Source: Malacoraja senta
Lineage: Eukaryota
Assembly (NCBI GenBank): GCA_038087875.1
Contig: CM075990.1
Coordinates: forward strand, 3,164,001-3,228,000
Length of the DNA: 64,000 nt
Reading direction: 5' to 3'
Position 1 is the stretch's first letter. Each line of letters opens with the position of its first letter. The notes under the pieces are model-generated. The model searched no databases, had not been told where the DNA came from, and saw only the letters and a program-made list of their open reading frames with translations. The translations under genes and the position numbers were made by a program. Positions 9,868-20,884 of this stretch are shown one piece after another.

Positions 9868-12366
9868 TTATGCTCCTGGGCAGTCCCAGCCACCTCCTGT
9901 GAAAGCTGCTGACTTTCCTCTCCAATCTCCCTACGATGGAGATTGGGACTTCTTAAACAAGCAGTGGCCAGAGTATCCTTGGCAGGATACCATGCTGGTA
10001 AATCCATGCCTTGAACTTGCCGGGAAGCCCCGACCGGTCCACTGCTCTCAACCAGCTCTCCAGCTCCTGACAGGTTGCCTGGACAGATGCTGTATCCTTC
10101 AGGCTGCTGTTAAACACCTTGCCAAGACTCTTCACTGGCCTTTCGGAGACAGTTGGGATTGGTGTCCCTTCGATGCTGAAGGGGAACCTGTCCATGACTT
10201 TGACGTTCTTCAGCACCAGTCACCTTGATTTTCCTGTCTTAAACCTCATCCTTGCCCATCCAATCAGTTTCTCCAACCCCTGCAGGATCCACCTGCCTCC
10301 TAGCACTGACTCAGTGGTGACAGTCAGGTCGTCCATGAAGGCTCTGATTGGTGGTTGGCGCACTCCTGACTTGGTCCGAGGGCCCCGGCACTCTGGCTCA
10401 GCAGACTTGACGATCATGTTCATCGCCAAGGCAACAAGGATCACAGAGATGGTACAGCCTGTGATGATCCCAAACTCCAGTCTGTGCCACTCTGATGTTA
10501 CTGACCCTGATGAGACTCTCATGCTGAACTGGTTGTAATAGTCCAGGATGAGATCTGCCACATGATGCTTGGCCATGACTGTCTGGATCAGCTTGTGTGG
10601 GATGGAGCTGTAGGCGTTGGCCAGGTCAAGCCAGAGCACTGTCAGGTTTCCCTTGTTCTCCCTGGCTTCTCTGATGAGCTGGGTCACCACTCCCGTGTGC
10701 TCTAGACACCCTGGCACTCCAGACAAGCCTCCCTTCTGCACTGAGCTGTCGATGTAGCCATTGCTGGAGAGGAAGTTGGTCAGCCACCTCGCCACTATGC
10801 TGAAGAAGATTTTGCCTTCAACGCTTAGCAAGGAGATGATCCTGAACTGATGGATCTTCTTGGAATCTTCTTCCTTTGGGATCCAGACTCCTTCAGCGAA
10901 TCGCCACTGCTGCGCCACTTTCCCTCTTCTCCAGATGACTTTCAGGATCTTCCACAGCCGTTTCAGTAACAAGGGGCAGTTCTTGTAGACCCTGTAGGGG
11001 ACTCTGCTCAGGCCAGGGGCTGAGCCAGATCTTGCTCTCTTCACCACGTCCTGGACCTCTTTCAGGAGTGGCTCTCTACTATCAAACACCTTGATGGGTG
11101 GTGGTGGTTTTATCAGGATGTTGCACTGGCCCAGATCCTGCTGCCTGACGGGGTCACTGTAGGTCGTCTGGATGTGCCGGTCGATCTCCTCCTTAGAGCA
11201 AGCCAAACTCCCACTGCGCTTCTGCCCTAGTAGTTGTTTGGTGAAGCCGAAGGGGTTGGCTATGAAGGATGCTCGCTTCCTGGCTCTTTCCTTCTGGTGT
11301 CTTCAGTGCCACTCAGCTCTACGGAGGGTCATCAGCTTCTTCCTCAGGATGGTTCGCAGCTCAGCCAAGGGGGGACGTTGCTCTTCGCTGGCCTCTTGAT
11401 ACTGCTTCTTGAGGGACTTCAGCTCCTGCCGGATCTTGTGGTTCTTTGTTGCTCGTTCGTTCATGGTGAAAGGTGTTCTGGCCGGCTTCATCTCCACTGC
11501 TCCAAACTTGTCCACATTGTCGTTATCGTCCGCAGCCTTCGATCCACGCCTCCCTTCGCTGTTGCTTCTAGCACCTTGTCGACGTCCTCGTCGAACTGAT
11601 GCCAGACTTCCGTCTTGCAGGCCTGAGGCCACTTGACTCGAACCTTCACCGGATGTCTGTTCTGAGGGACTAGTTGCGCCACTTGGAGGCTTCGGGGTCT
11701 ATGGGGTGATTCCGGGCCCGGCTCCTCCTGCGTCTCACCAGGTAAAATACCTGTGCGATGTGACACTCCCTCTCCCTCCAAACACTTCATCCGGGTCTGG
11801 TGAATCTTCAGGCCTCGGCTGGTCTTGCAAACCTGCATTTCATCTGCATTTCATACTCATAGTCGGCTGTCCATTGCCATTAGTCATTAGCCTTTGATCC
11901 GTCAAATTGGGGTGCTCATCCTCCCCCCGTCTCGAGTACCCCTGGGGGTATTTTTCCATGAGTTTATCTGTAGCTTGATTGGCTCTCCTCTTCTCAGAGG
12001 ATGCAGTTTGGGCTGCCAACCCGACCTGTCCCGGTTGCCGTCTTTCCGAGCTGTCCACTGTCTCTCCAGTCGAAGATAAATTCCAGTAACGTCCGGATCA
12101 AAGATAGTCTGAGGGTCCTGATATTAGCTCAGGACCGCTCTATAGTTGTTGGTAGGATGGTTCAGTTGTCTGATAACAGCTGGGAAGAAACTGTCTCTGA
12201 ATCTGGAGGTGTGTCTTTTCACACTTTCATATTTTTGACCGATGTGAAGGGGAAAAGAGGGAGTGACCAGGGTGCGATATCTATCACACCAAAAAACATA
12301 CTGAGGAGCTTCTAGGTCAGATACTCTGTCTGTCTCAAGCAACTATTCAAAACAGGCTGTCTGCAC

Positions 12367-13267
12367 CAAAGATCCTATAGCAAAGCAAGATAGTGCACTC
12401 GACGAAAAATACGTAGTACGGTCATGGGCAGATTCACAGGTAATCTTCGGCCCCATTTCCGTAACCGGCTTCCGTCTCCGCCATCTTTGTCCGCCATAGC
12501 GGAGCAAAGATACTAGTGCGGAGACAGAAGCCGGTTACGGAAACATCCCCGTAAAAATCAAAGATCTTTGGTAAAAATCTTCTCCTCATTTTCTCTCTGC
12601 CTCTCTGCCCCGTTAAAGAGACTCGCTGACTGGGGGAAAGAGGGCGGGCATGAGATCCGAAGCTGAGAACAGACGGCCCTTCGGTTTCTTCCCCCATCAC
12701 GCTCGCTGCCCGGCTCCCAAACTCCGAACCGGTCTGCTCTTCACTACTCCTCTGCGTCGCTGACTGTCAGACATTTATTCCTCTTTCTGCCAAAATGGCT
12801 GAGTGCTGGAACGCCTCTTTTGTTCGGCCCGCCCCAGTGCTGCAGCAGTTTGGTGGGGGTCGGGCTCGTACCCCAGTGGATTGGAAAGGTCTCCCCTTTT
12901 ACAATGCCGTGTGGGCACAGCCTCTTTGCCCTCAGTGCCCCCTCCACCCTTGCATAGTCCGATCCCAATCCCGGGGCTTTGAATCCAAAACATTAAAAAA
13001 GATAATTAACAGAATAATAATTTATTAACATATTAATCATTCACAAAAAATAACAGAATTATGAATCATGAATCTAACACTATATCACACACACAAACTG
13101 TCCCCCCGCAACGCTGATTACACTGCGAGAGGGATATACCAAAGATCCTGTAGCAAGCTATAGGATCTTTGGGGTATACAAAGTCGGGTCAGGTTACTGA
13201 AATGGCTACACGTCAGCCCATTGGTTTTCGCAGGAGTGCACTATCTTGCTTTTCTATAGGAACTTTG
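12367..13267. mobile_element. Non-autonomous hAT DNA transposon
   Basis: About 34-bp TIR CAAAGATCCTATAG.AAAGCAAGATAGTGCACTC; perfect 8-bp TSD GTCTGCAC (12359-12366, 13268-13275). Confidence 0.9.
13140..13171. mobile_element. 32-bp TIR-only hAT element
   Basis: CAAAGATCCTGTAGC-AA-GCTATAGGATCTTTG; 8-bp TSD GGATATAC/GGGTATAC. Confidence 0.75.
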
Positions 13268-13404
13268 GTCTGCACGGAGTCTACATGTTCTCCCTGGGAC
13301 TGTGTGGGTTTTCTGCGGGTGCTCCGGTTTCCTCCCACATTCCAAAGACATGCAGGTTTGTAGGTTAATTGGCTTCTGTAAATTGTTCTTAGCATGTAGT
13401 ATAC

Positions 13405-13690
13405 AATGGCACAGTGGTAGAGTTGCTGCCTTACAGAGCCAGACACCAAGGTTCGATCCTGACTACACATCTATCTGTATGGTGTATGTACGTTCTCCCT
13501 CTGACCATGTGGGTTTTCTCCGGGTGCTCTGGTTTCCTCCCACACTCCAAAGACTTGCAGGTTTTTGGGTTCACTGGCTTCTGTGAATTGTCCCTAGTGT
13601 GTAGAACAGAACTAGTGTACAGGTCATTGTTGGCCGGCACAGACCTAGTGGGCTATAGGGCCTGATTCCAAGTTGTATCACTAAACTAAA
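13405..13690 (+). mobile_element. HE1-like V-SINE, preceded by a partial copy at 13276-13395
   Basis: Head, V-domain and tail all present. Confidence 0.8.
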
Positions 13691-14041
13691 TATCCGCAAC
13701 ACAATATGTCGACATACAAATCTAACTACGGGCTAGGTTTAATTAGGTTTATATATCCTGGGCCCAGCACATCGAAGCAATCACTAAGTTAAGCTCATCA
13801 ATGCCTCTACTTCCTTAGAAGATGGAGGTGATTCAGTTCATCGATGAATACTCTATTGAACTTCTATAGGTGTACGGTTGAAAACACACGGGTTGGTTGC
13901 ATCATGGCCTAGATAAGCAGCTTGAATGCCCATGATCGAAGGAGATTACAGCGTGTGGTAGACACTGCCCGGTCCATCACAGGTACTGACCTCCCCACCG
14001 TCGATGGGACCCATTGGAGGCTTTAGACTTTAGGCTAGACT

Positions 14042-14804
14042 AGAATAGAATAGAATAGAATGCCTTTTACGAACGAAATTTCATTCCTACAGTCTTTTAC
14101 ATTACAAAAAACCCCAAGACCCACACATAACACAATTTACACAAACATCCATCACAGTGAATCTCCAACACCTCCTCACTGTGATGGAAGGCAAAGTCTT
14201 ATCTCTTCCCTTTGTTCTTCTCCCGCGGTCCAGCAGTCCAACTGCAGCGTCGAGGCGACTGGGGCTCACGATGTTAAAGCCCCCGGCGGACGATGGTAAG
14301 TCCCGTGGCCGTTTAAGCCACGCGGGACGATGTTAGGCCCCGCTCCGAGTCCTTTAAACCCCGCGATTCCAGCGGGAGAAGTTGCCGTTGCGGGAGCTCC
14401 GAAAAGCGGTCTCCCACCAGGGACCTGCGAGCTCCCGATGTTACCGTCCACCGGGCCTACGGCCGGAGCCTCCGAAGCTCCTAAGTTGGGTCACAACCGC
14501 GCGCCACCACGGCATCTCCCCGCTCCGAAGTTGGCGATGGTGAGTCCGCAGGCTCCGCGACTGGAGCCCTCAGGTTGGTTCCGTTTGGAGGCCGCCGCCG
14601 GCTCCTCGATGTTAGGCCCAACGACACCGGAGACCCGACAGGGAAAAGTCGACAGGGAAGAGATTAAACAGTTTCCCCCCCCCCACACATATACACAAGT
14701 AAAAAATAATAAAAACTAGAATCAAAAACATACATTTAACGAGACAAAATTTTAAAAAGTCAGACGGACTGCAGTCGAGCCGCTGCCGTCAGGCACCGCC
14801 AACA
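14042..14804 (-). mobile_element. Unclassified CpG-rich non-coding retroposon
   Basis: (ATTCT)n tail; 7-bp TSD CTAGACT (14035-14041, 14805-14811). Confidence 0.65.
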
Positions 14805-14810
14805 CTAGAC

Positions 14811-15105
14811 TTTACACCTTAGAGATACAACGCGGAAACAGGCCCCTCGGCCCACCGAGTCCACACTGACCAGCGATCACCCTGTACACTAATACTACGG
14901 ACAATTTACAATTTACAGACGTCAATTAACCTACAATCCTGAATGTCTTTGGAGTGTGGGAGGAAACCGGAGCACCCGGAGAAAACCCACGCAGGTCAGG
15001 GGGAGAACGCACCAACTCTGTACAGACAGCACCCGTAGTCAGGATCGAACCCGGGTCTCTGGTGCTGTGAGGCAGCAACTCTACCGCTGCGCGACCGTGC
15101 CGCCT
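14811..15105 (-). mobile_element. HE1-like V-SINE
   Basis: Full head, V-domain and tail on the minus strand. Confidence 0.85.
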
Positions 15106-15409
15106 TGCCTCAAAATGGCAGCCAATATCATGAAAGATCATCACCATTCTGGACACACTCTCAGTTCGCTGGTACCTTCAGGAAAAAGGTACAGGAGCCT
15201 AAAAACGGTGACCAGCAGGTTCAAGAACAACTTCATCTTGCACTAAACGTTATTCCCATCATTCCCTTTATCATGTATCTGAACACTGTTTGGCGGCTCG
15301 ATTGTAATCATGTACTGCCTTTCCGCTGACTGGATGGCACGCAACAAAAGCTTTTCACTGTACCTCGGTACACGTGACAATAAACTAAACCCAAACCCCA
15401 ACAACTGTC

Positions 15410-15727
15410 CGGCACGGTGGCGCAGCGGTAGAGTTGCTGCCTCACAGCGCTTGCTGCTCCGGAGACCCGGGTTCGATCCTGACTAAGGGTGCTGTCTGTA
15501 TGGAGTTTGTACCTTCTCCCCGTGACCACGTGGGTTTCCTCCGAGATCTCCGGTTTCCTCCCACACTCCAAAGAGGTACAGGCTTGCAGGTTAATTGGTT
15601 TGGCATAATTGTATCAATGTAAAATTGTCGCTAGTGTGTGTAGGGTAGTGTTAATGTGCGGGGATCACTGGTTGGTGCGGACTCGGTGGGCCGAAGGGCC
15701 TGTTTCCGCGCTGTATCTCTAAACTAG
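15410..15727 (+). mobile_element. HE1-like V-SINE
   Basis: A-box TGGCGCAGCGG, B-box GGTTCGATCC, V-domain, tail. Confidence 0.9.
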
Positions 15728-15825
15728 ACCATCAAGCTCTTGAACCCTGCACAGCACTAACCTCAGCAGCTATGAACCTGCGGACTTCCGTTGTAAGCCA
15801 CCGCAGCTTTTGCATTGTGGTGCCT

Positions 15826-16130
15826 ACATGTAGGCCCCCTTCGGTCATGACTGACCATGGGTGATGCATCCTAGTTGTTGACCGCTTGCTCCGAACCTCG
15901 GCTGGAAGAGCGTCGCTTGTGGCTGAAGAGACCAATGCGGGCGAGACCGTCTCTGTGGCAAAGGTCACATTTGTGTGTGGTCTCTGGTCTGTTGACGTTG
16001 CTGCGCTCCTTTCTGCGTGCCCACTTGTCTGCCACTGCGTTCAACAGTTTCTCTTCCCCCGTATTGAGATGTTGCTTCAGGGTACCTCTCCATCTCATGC
16101 GGTCAGCTGCAAGGAGCGCCCAGTCCTCGT
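15826..16130 (-). mobile_element. RTE-clade LINE 3' fragment
   Basis: ORF 15871-16098 ends in CDLCHRDGLARIGLFSHKRR, typical of the RTE C-terminal finger. Confidence 0.75.
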
Positions 16131-16574
16131 GCCTAAGGGCATTACCGCATCAATTTTTTAAAATCATCATATATTTTCTCTATGTGCATTGTGATTAGGG
16201 ACCTATTAAACTACTGCAAGTGAGAAATTTCATTTTCTTCTATAGTCAGTACATATCACAATTAAACACTCTTGATTGTTGAATTTAAAATAAATTAATT
16301 AACCATAAATGTAGCTAGCTTGTCATTTACAAAGCAGTTATTCCAGGATGGCTGTTCTGTTGTGATAGTTGCATGGAGTCACAGAGTCACACAGGACAAC
16401 CGTAGGCCCTTCAGACCAGTATGTCCATGCTGAAGATAGACACAAAACGCTGGAGCATCTCAACAGGTCAGGCAGAGATAGGTGACGTTTCAGCTCGAGA
16501 CCCATCTTCAGACTGAGCATCAGGGGATGCTGGTTCTGGCTTTGGCACGGATTTGTCCTAGATTGGTCATGTCT

Positions 16575-16948
16575 TACAAACTTGATTGGTGTTTCGAGGA
16601 GTTGACAAAGTTGACAAGACTTGATTGATGAGAATGGGGCAGTGTGTGCTGTCTACATGGATAAGGCTGTTCTGAATCCAAACTACCACATCTACATGGG
16701 CCCCATGCATCTTAATCTTGTGGATCAGCCTACCATGAGGGACTTTGTCATATGCCTTATTAAAGGTCCCTGATGGTCGGCTGATGCAGAAAATTAAGAT
16801 GCATAGGATGTAAGGCGATTTGGTAGCTTGGATTCAGAACTGCCTTACCCATGGAGGAAGGAGGATGATTGTGGAATAGTGACTGGAGATGTATGATCAG
16901 TAGAGTTTCATTGGGATCTGTGCTGGGATGCCTATTGTTTGTGATATA
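16575..16948 (+). mobile_element. Old CR1 RT fragment that resumes at about 17478-17510
   Basis: LGSVLG.LLFVIY then (I)NDLDENVDG after the interruption. Confidence 0.65.
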
Positions 16949-17214
16949 TCTATCTATATCTATCTATATACTTTTAAAACTCTCTGGCTGTCGTCCGTCT
17001 GTACGTCTGTACGTCTGTACGTCTGTACGTCTGTACGTCCGTACGCCGCCTTTGATACCGCCCCAGGCCCACACAGCGCGCGGAAAGATTGGTGGAAACA
17101 GGGCTGCGACGTGAACGCTCTTTCCTTGACCCCATATGTATAAATAAATGACTTGGATGAAAAAAAAATCTCACTTTTATATATATAGACCCAACGGGTC
17201 TGCACTTGGTCTAG
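16949..17214 (+). mobile_element. Non-autonomous Helitron-like element
   Basis: 5' TCTAT..., internal (GTCTGTAC)n, subterminal hairpin GACCCAACGGGTC, terminal CTAG followed by T. Confidence 0.6.
17082..17133 (-). ncRNA. HDV-like ribozyme fold, inverted duplicate of 17269-17320
   Basis: Identical except P1' AGCCCT, which gives a C.A mismatch. Confidence 0.7.
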
Positions 17215-17268
17215 TATATATATAAAAGTGAGATTTTTTTTTCATCCAAGTCATTTATTTATACATAT

Positions 17269-17320
17269 GGGGTCAAGGAAAGAGCGTTCACGTCGCGGCC
17301 CTGTTTCCACCAATCTTTCC
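17269..17320 (+). ncRNA. Minimal CPEB3-like HDV ribozyme fold, fully paired
   Basis: P1 GGGGTC/GGCCCT; P2 GGAAAGA/TCTTTCC; P3 GCG/CGC; L3 TTCACGT; G17303 for P1.1; J4/2 CCAA. Confidence 0.85.
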
Positions 17321-17432
17321 ACCACCACGCAAAAGAAACACAAGACAAACTCCATTGTACACAGATGCCGAGAAGTGTGTTCAACTCTGGCTGAACAACT
17401 TCTAACCTTTGTGTGGACTCGACAAGAAGAAG
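17269..17432 (+). mobile_element. Short ribozyme-headed retroposon, family B
   Basis: 12-bp TSD ATTT(A/C)TACATAT (17257-17268, 17433-17444); (AAG)3 tail. Confidence 0.8.
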
Positions 17433-17659
17433 ATTTCTACATATAATATATAAAATAAATGCTTTGATATAATATGTAATAAATGACTTGGATGAAAATG
17501 TAGATGGGTTCGTAACTTCAGAAATTCTAGGAGCAGAGTTAGGCCATTCGGCCCATCAAATCTACCCCGCCATCCAATCCATGGTTGGTTAGTAAGTTGC
17601 AGATGATGCAAAAATTGGCAGCGTTGCAGAAGGCTGTCAAAGAATAAGGCGTAGACATA

Positions 17660-17975
17660 GGGCGGTGCAGCGGTAGAGTTGCTGCCTTACAGCACTTGCT
17701 GCGCCGGAGACCCTGGGTTCGATTCCAACTACGGGTCTGTCTGTACGGAGTTTGTACGTTCTCCCCATGACCTGCGTAGGTTTTCTCCGAGATCTTTGGT
17801 TTCCTCCCACACTCCAAAGACGTGCAGGTATGTCGGTTAATTGGCTTGGTATAAATATAAAAATTGTCCCCAGTGCGTGTAGGATAGTGTTAATATGTGG
17901 GGATCGCTGGTCGGCCTGGACTCGGTGGGCCGAAGGGCCGGTTTCCACGCTGTGTCTCTAAACGAAACTAAATTA
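17660..17975 (+). mobile_element. HE1-like V-SINE
   Basis: Head, V-domain and tail. Confidence 0.85.
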
Positions 17976-18635
17976 AAATACGGCAGGTTATACATCAGGT
18001 GCACATACGTTCGGAAAAATGGCAGATGGAGTTTAATCCGAGCAAACTCAAGCAAGGTCAAGCATGAGTGGAGAGTACACAGTTAATGGCAAGACCCTTA
18101 ACAGCAGTGATGTACAGTGTGTAGGAAGGAACTGGAGATGCTGCTTTACACCAAAGATTGATACAAAATACTGATGTAACTCAGCGGGTCAGGCAGCAAC
18201 TCTTGGAAAAAGGAATAGGTGACGTTGCGGGTCGAGACCCTTCCTCAGACTCAACGGTGTGAACCGAGTGAGCCATAGTCTGTATGGACATGATGGGCCG
18301 AAGGGCCTGTTTCAATATTGCATGTCTCACTCTCCTCCACTGAATGGATATTTTTGAGGCAGAGATAGACAAGTTCTTGATTAGAACGGGTATCAAGGGT
18401 TATGGGGAGAAAATGGGATTAGGAGGCAGAGATAAGCCACGATTGAATGGCGGAGTAGACTCAATGGGCCAAATGGCCTAATTCTACTGCTATACCTTGT
18501 GAACGTAAATAGATCCTCCAACAGTTTACATATTGCATTACAAAAATGGTTCAACTTCAAAAGTCACTTCACTTGTTTCGAGAGATCCTGTGGCAGTGAG
18601 AAGTGTTGTATCTGTGCCAGATTTTCCATCGAGAG

Positions 18636-19250
18636 TTTAGTTTAGACTAGAGATACAGCGCGGAAACAGGCCCTGTGTTGCATCTGTGCCTCCCAGCGAT
18701 CCCCGTACACTAGCACTATCCTACACACTCAAGGGACAATTAACAATTTTACTAAGCCAATAATAGCCCTGTCCCACTGTATGAGTTCATTCAAGAGTTC
18801 TCCCGAGTTTGCCCTGATTCGAACTCAGAGAATTACGGTAATGGCCGCTCGTAGGTACTCGGGGCTCTCGTGGACATTTTTCAACATGTTGAAAAATCTT
18901 CACGAGTCTTCCCGAGCTTACCGCGTTTCCCGAGTACCTGCCGTTAGCGTTACGAGCCGCTAAGAGACGTCCCCGACCTCCGACGTACCCGCTACTTGCA
19001 TTCTAAGTGGTTCCACGAGTTTGATTTTTTTAAATACTCGGGAGAGCTCTTGAAAGAACTCGTACAGTGGGACAGGGCTTTTAGCCCTCAAACCTGCACG
19101 TCTTTGGAGTGTGGGAGGAAACTGGAGATCCCGGAGAAAACCCACGCAGGTTACGGGGAGAACGTACAAACTCCGTACAGACAACACCCGTGGTCGGGAT
19201 CGAACCAGGGTCTCTGGCGCCGTAAGGCAGCAACTCTACCGCTGTACCAC
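18636..19250 (-). mobile_element. HE1-like V-SINE interrupted by a MITE
   Basis: SINE halves flank 18764-19080. Confidence 0.8.
18764..19080. mobile_element. PIF/Harbinger-type MITE, family A
   Basis: TIR ..GCCCTGTCCCACTGTA; TAA/TTA flanks. Confidence 0.85.
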
Positions 19251-20071
19251 CTTAGCGAGCCTAGGTGTGGAGTTGATGAGTGTGTCCTCATCCCTCACCC
19301 AGGGACGGCCGTGAGATGGATAATCACTGAATGTTCTGGATAAGAAAAAAGGGCAATTAAATGTACATAATTCATTTTGTTACAATCGATATTTTCTAAA
19401 TTGATTAGAACATTTTATCCTTATGCAGCAAAGGAGAGTTGTGTAGAATTCTACTGCAACAGTCGCAGAGGTCTAGTTAGCTGACAACGCCCAGTATTTT
19501 CAATTATTCACATTTTTGAAAAGGAGAACTGAAACTTAGAGTGAGCGGATGTGGATCAGATATTGGTGTTTGCAGCAGATTTATTATTAGTTTTTAAATT
19601 CAAGGAAATCGGAGATTCGCTTTAGACTTTAGACTTTAGAGATACAGCGTAGAAACAGACCCTTGGGCCCATCGAGCGCACGCCGACCAGCGATCACCCA
19701 GTAGACTAGCACTATATTACACACTCGGGACAGTTTACAATTTTACAGAAGCCAATTAACCTACAAACCCGTACTTCTTTGGAGTGTGGGAGGAAACCTA
19801 GGTGCATTGAGAATAGCAAAGGCAATGGACCTATTCTGAGTCGGTGCCTTCAATGTCTTAGAAGTACCACCACTGTCTGAGGTTGACATGCTGTGAAAGA
19901 CAAAGCACAGGAGGAAACCTACTTAATATCATCGCCTATCCATGTTCTCCAGAGATGCTGCCTGACCGTCTAAGTTACTCCAGCACTTTGTGTTCCAATC
20001 AAGATCCCAGCATCTGCAGTTCCTTCTGTCTCTGATCTCTTGATGTATTTTAGACTTTGGACTTTAGAGAT

Positions 20072-20511
20072 CAAGAGAGTTTATTGTCATGTGTCCCTGA
20101 TAGGACAATGAAATTCTTGCTTTGCTTTAGCACAACAGAACATAGTAGGCATGACTACAGAACAGATCAGTGTGTCCATATACCATTATATAAATATATA
20201 CACACATGAATTAATAAACAGATAAAGTGCAAATAAACAGATTATGGGCTATTAATGTTCAGAGTTTTCTCCGAGCCGAGTTTAATAGCCTGATGGCTGT
20301 GGGGGAAGTAGCTATTCCTGAACCTGGTCGTTGCAGTCTTCAGGCTCCTGTACCTTCTACCTGAAGGTAGTAGGGAGATGAGTGTGTGGCCAGGATGGTG
20401 TGGGTCCTTGATGATACTGCCAGCCTTTTTGAGGCAGCGACTGTGATAGATCCCCTCGATGGAAGGGAGGTCAGAGCCGATGATGGACTGGGCAGTGTTT
20501 ACTACTTTTTA
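20072..20511 (-). mobile_element. Rex1-like LINE 3' fragment in a SINE tail
   Basis: Encodes ...IIKDPHHPGHTLISLLPSGRRYRSL; TSD TAGAGAT. Confidence 0.75.
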
Positions 20512-20884
20512 TAGAGATACAGCATGGAAACAGGATTTTCAGCCGACCGAGTCCAGAGTCGACTAGTGATCACCCCGAACACCAGCACTATCCTACACAC
20601 ACTAGGGACAGTTTACAATTTTACAGAAGCCAATTAGCCTACAAACCTGCACATCTTCGGAATGTGGGGGGAAACATCCATTTGTATTGAAATGAAGGTG
20701 TAACATGAGTTGAATGCTGTGCCAACATTTGTTTCCTTGCCTCATTTGTAAGCAACACAACCTTGTTGAGTGGTGTGGGCCCATCTGATGTCAATGGATT
20801 GTAGTCAAGTAGGTATCAAGAGAATCAAGTAGGTATCAAGTAGACAATCGAAGAGAACAAACCAACAAGATGACACAACGTTAA

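Larger units (their letters stand above)
6803..12073 (-). mobile_element. Near full-length decayed HERO-type RLE non-LTR retrotransposon
   Basis: N-terminal Zn finger (CKTSRGLKIHQTRMKC); RT with WLDLANAY and AFMDDLTV (10220-11206); CCHC knuckle CPQC..LEHIPSCC; RPDILL..LLELTVPWE endonuclease (7076-7665); several frameshifts. Confidence 0.9.
6667..12280 (-). mobile_element. Rex1-like LINE 3' end split by the HERO insertion (6667-6802 and 12074-12280)
   Basis: The two flanks join to match the uninterrupted copy at about 39440-39710. Confidence 0.7.
13800..15390 (+). mobile_element. Rex1/Babar-like LINE 3' part, interrupted at 14020-15105
   Basis: Degenerate FYRCTVE...LQRVVDTARSITGTDLP and CLKMAANIMKD...PSGKRYRSLK; 3' UTR ends ACAATAAACTAAAC. 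Confidence 0.7.

Noticed and set aside
11990..12073. HDV-like ribozyme at the HERO 5' end
   Set aside because: Only simple hairpins found by eye; no P3/L3 motif or nested pseudoknot.
15410..15490. tRNA-like sequences with A and B boxes
   Set aside because: They are SINE heads, always joined to the V-domain and LINE tail, and lack an intact cloverleaf.
17269..17320. True CPEB3 intronic ribozyme orthologue
   Set aside because: It lies in a TSD-flanked, tailed insertion; P1 and P2 differ, P4 is absent and no CPEB exons are visible.
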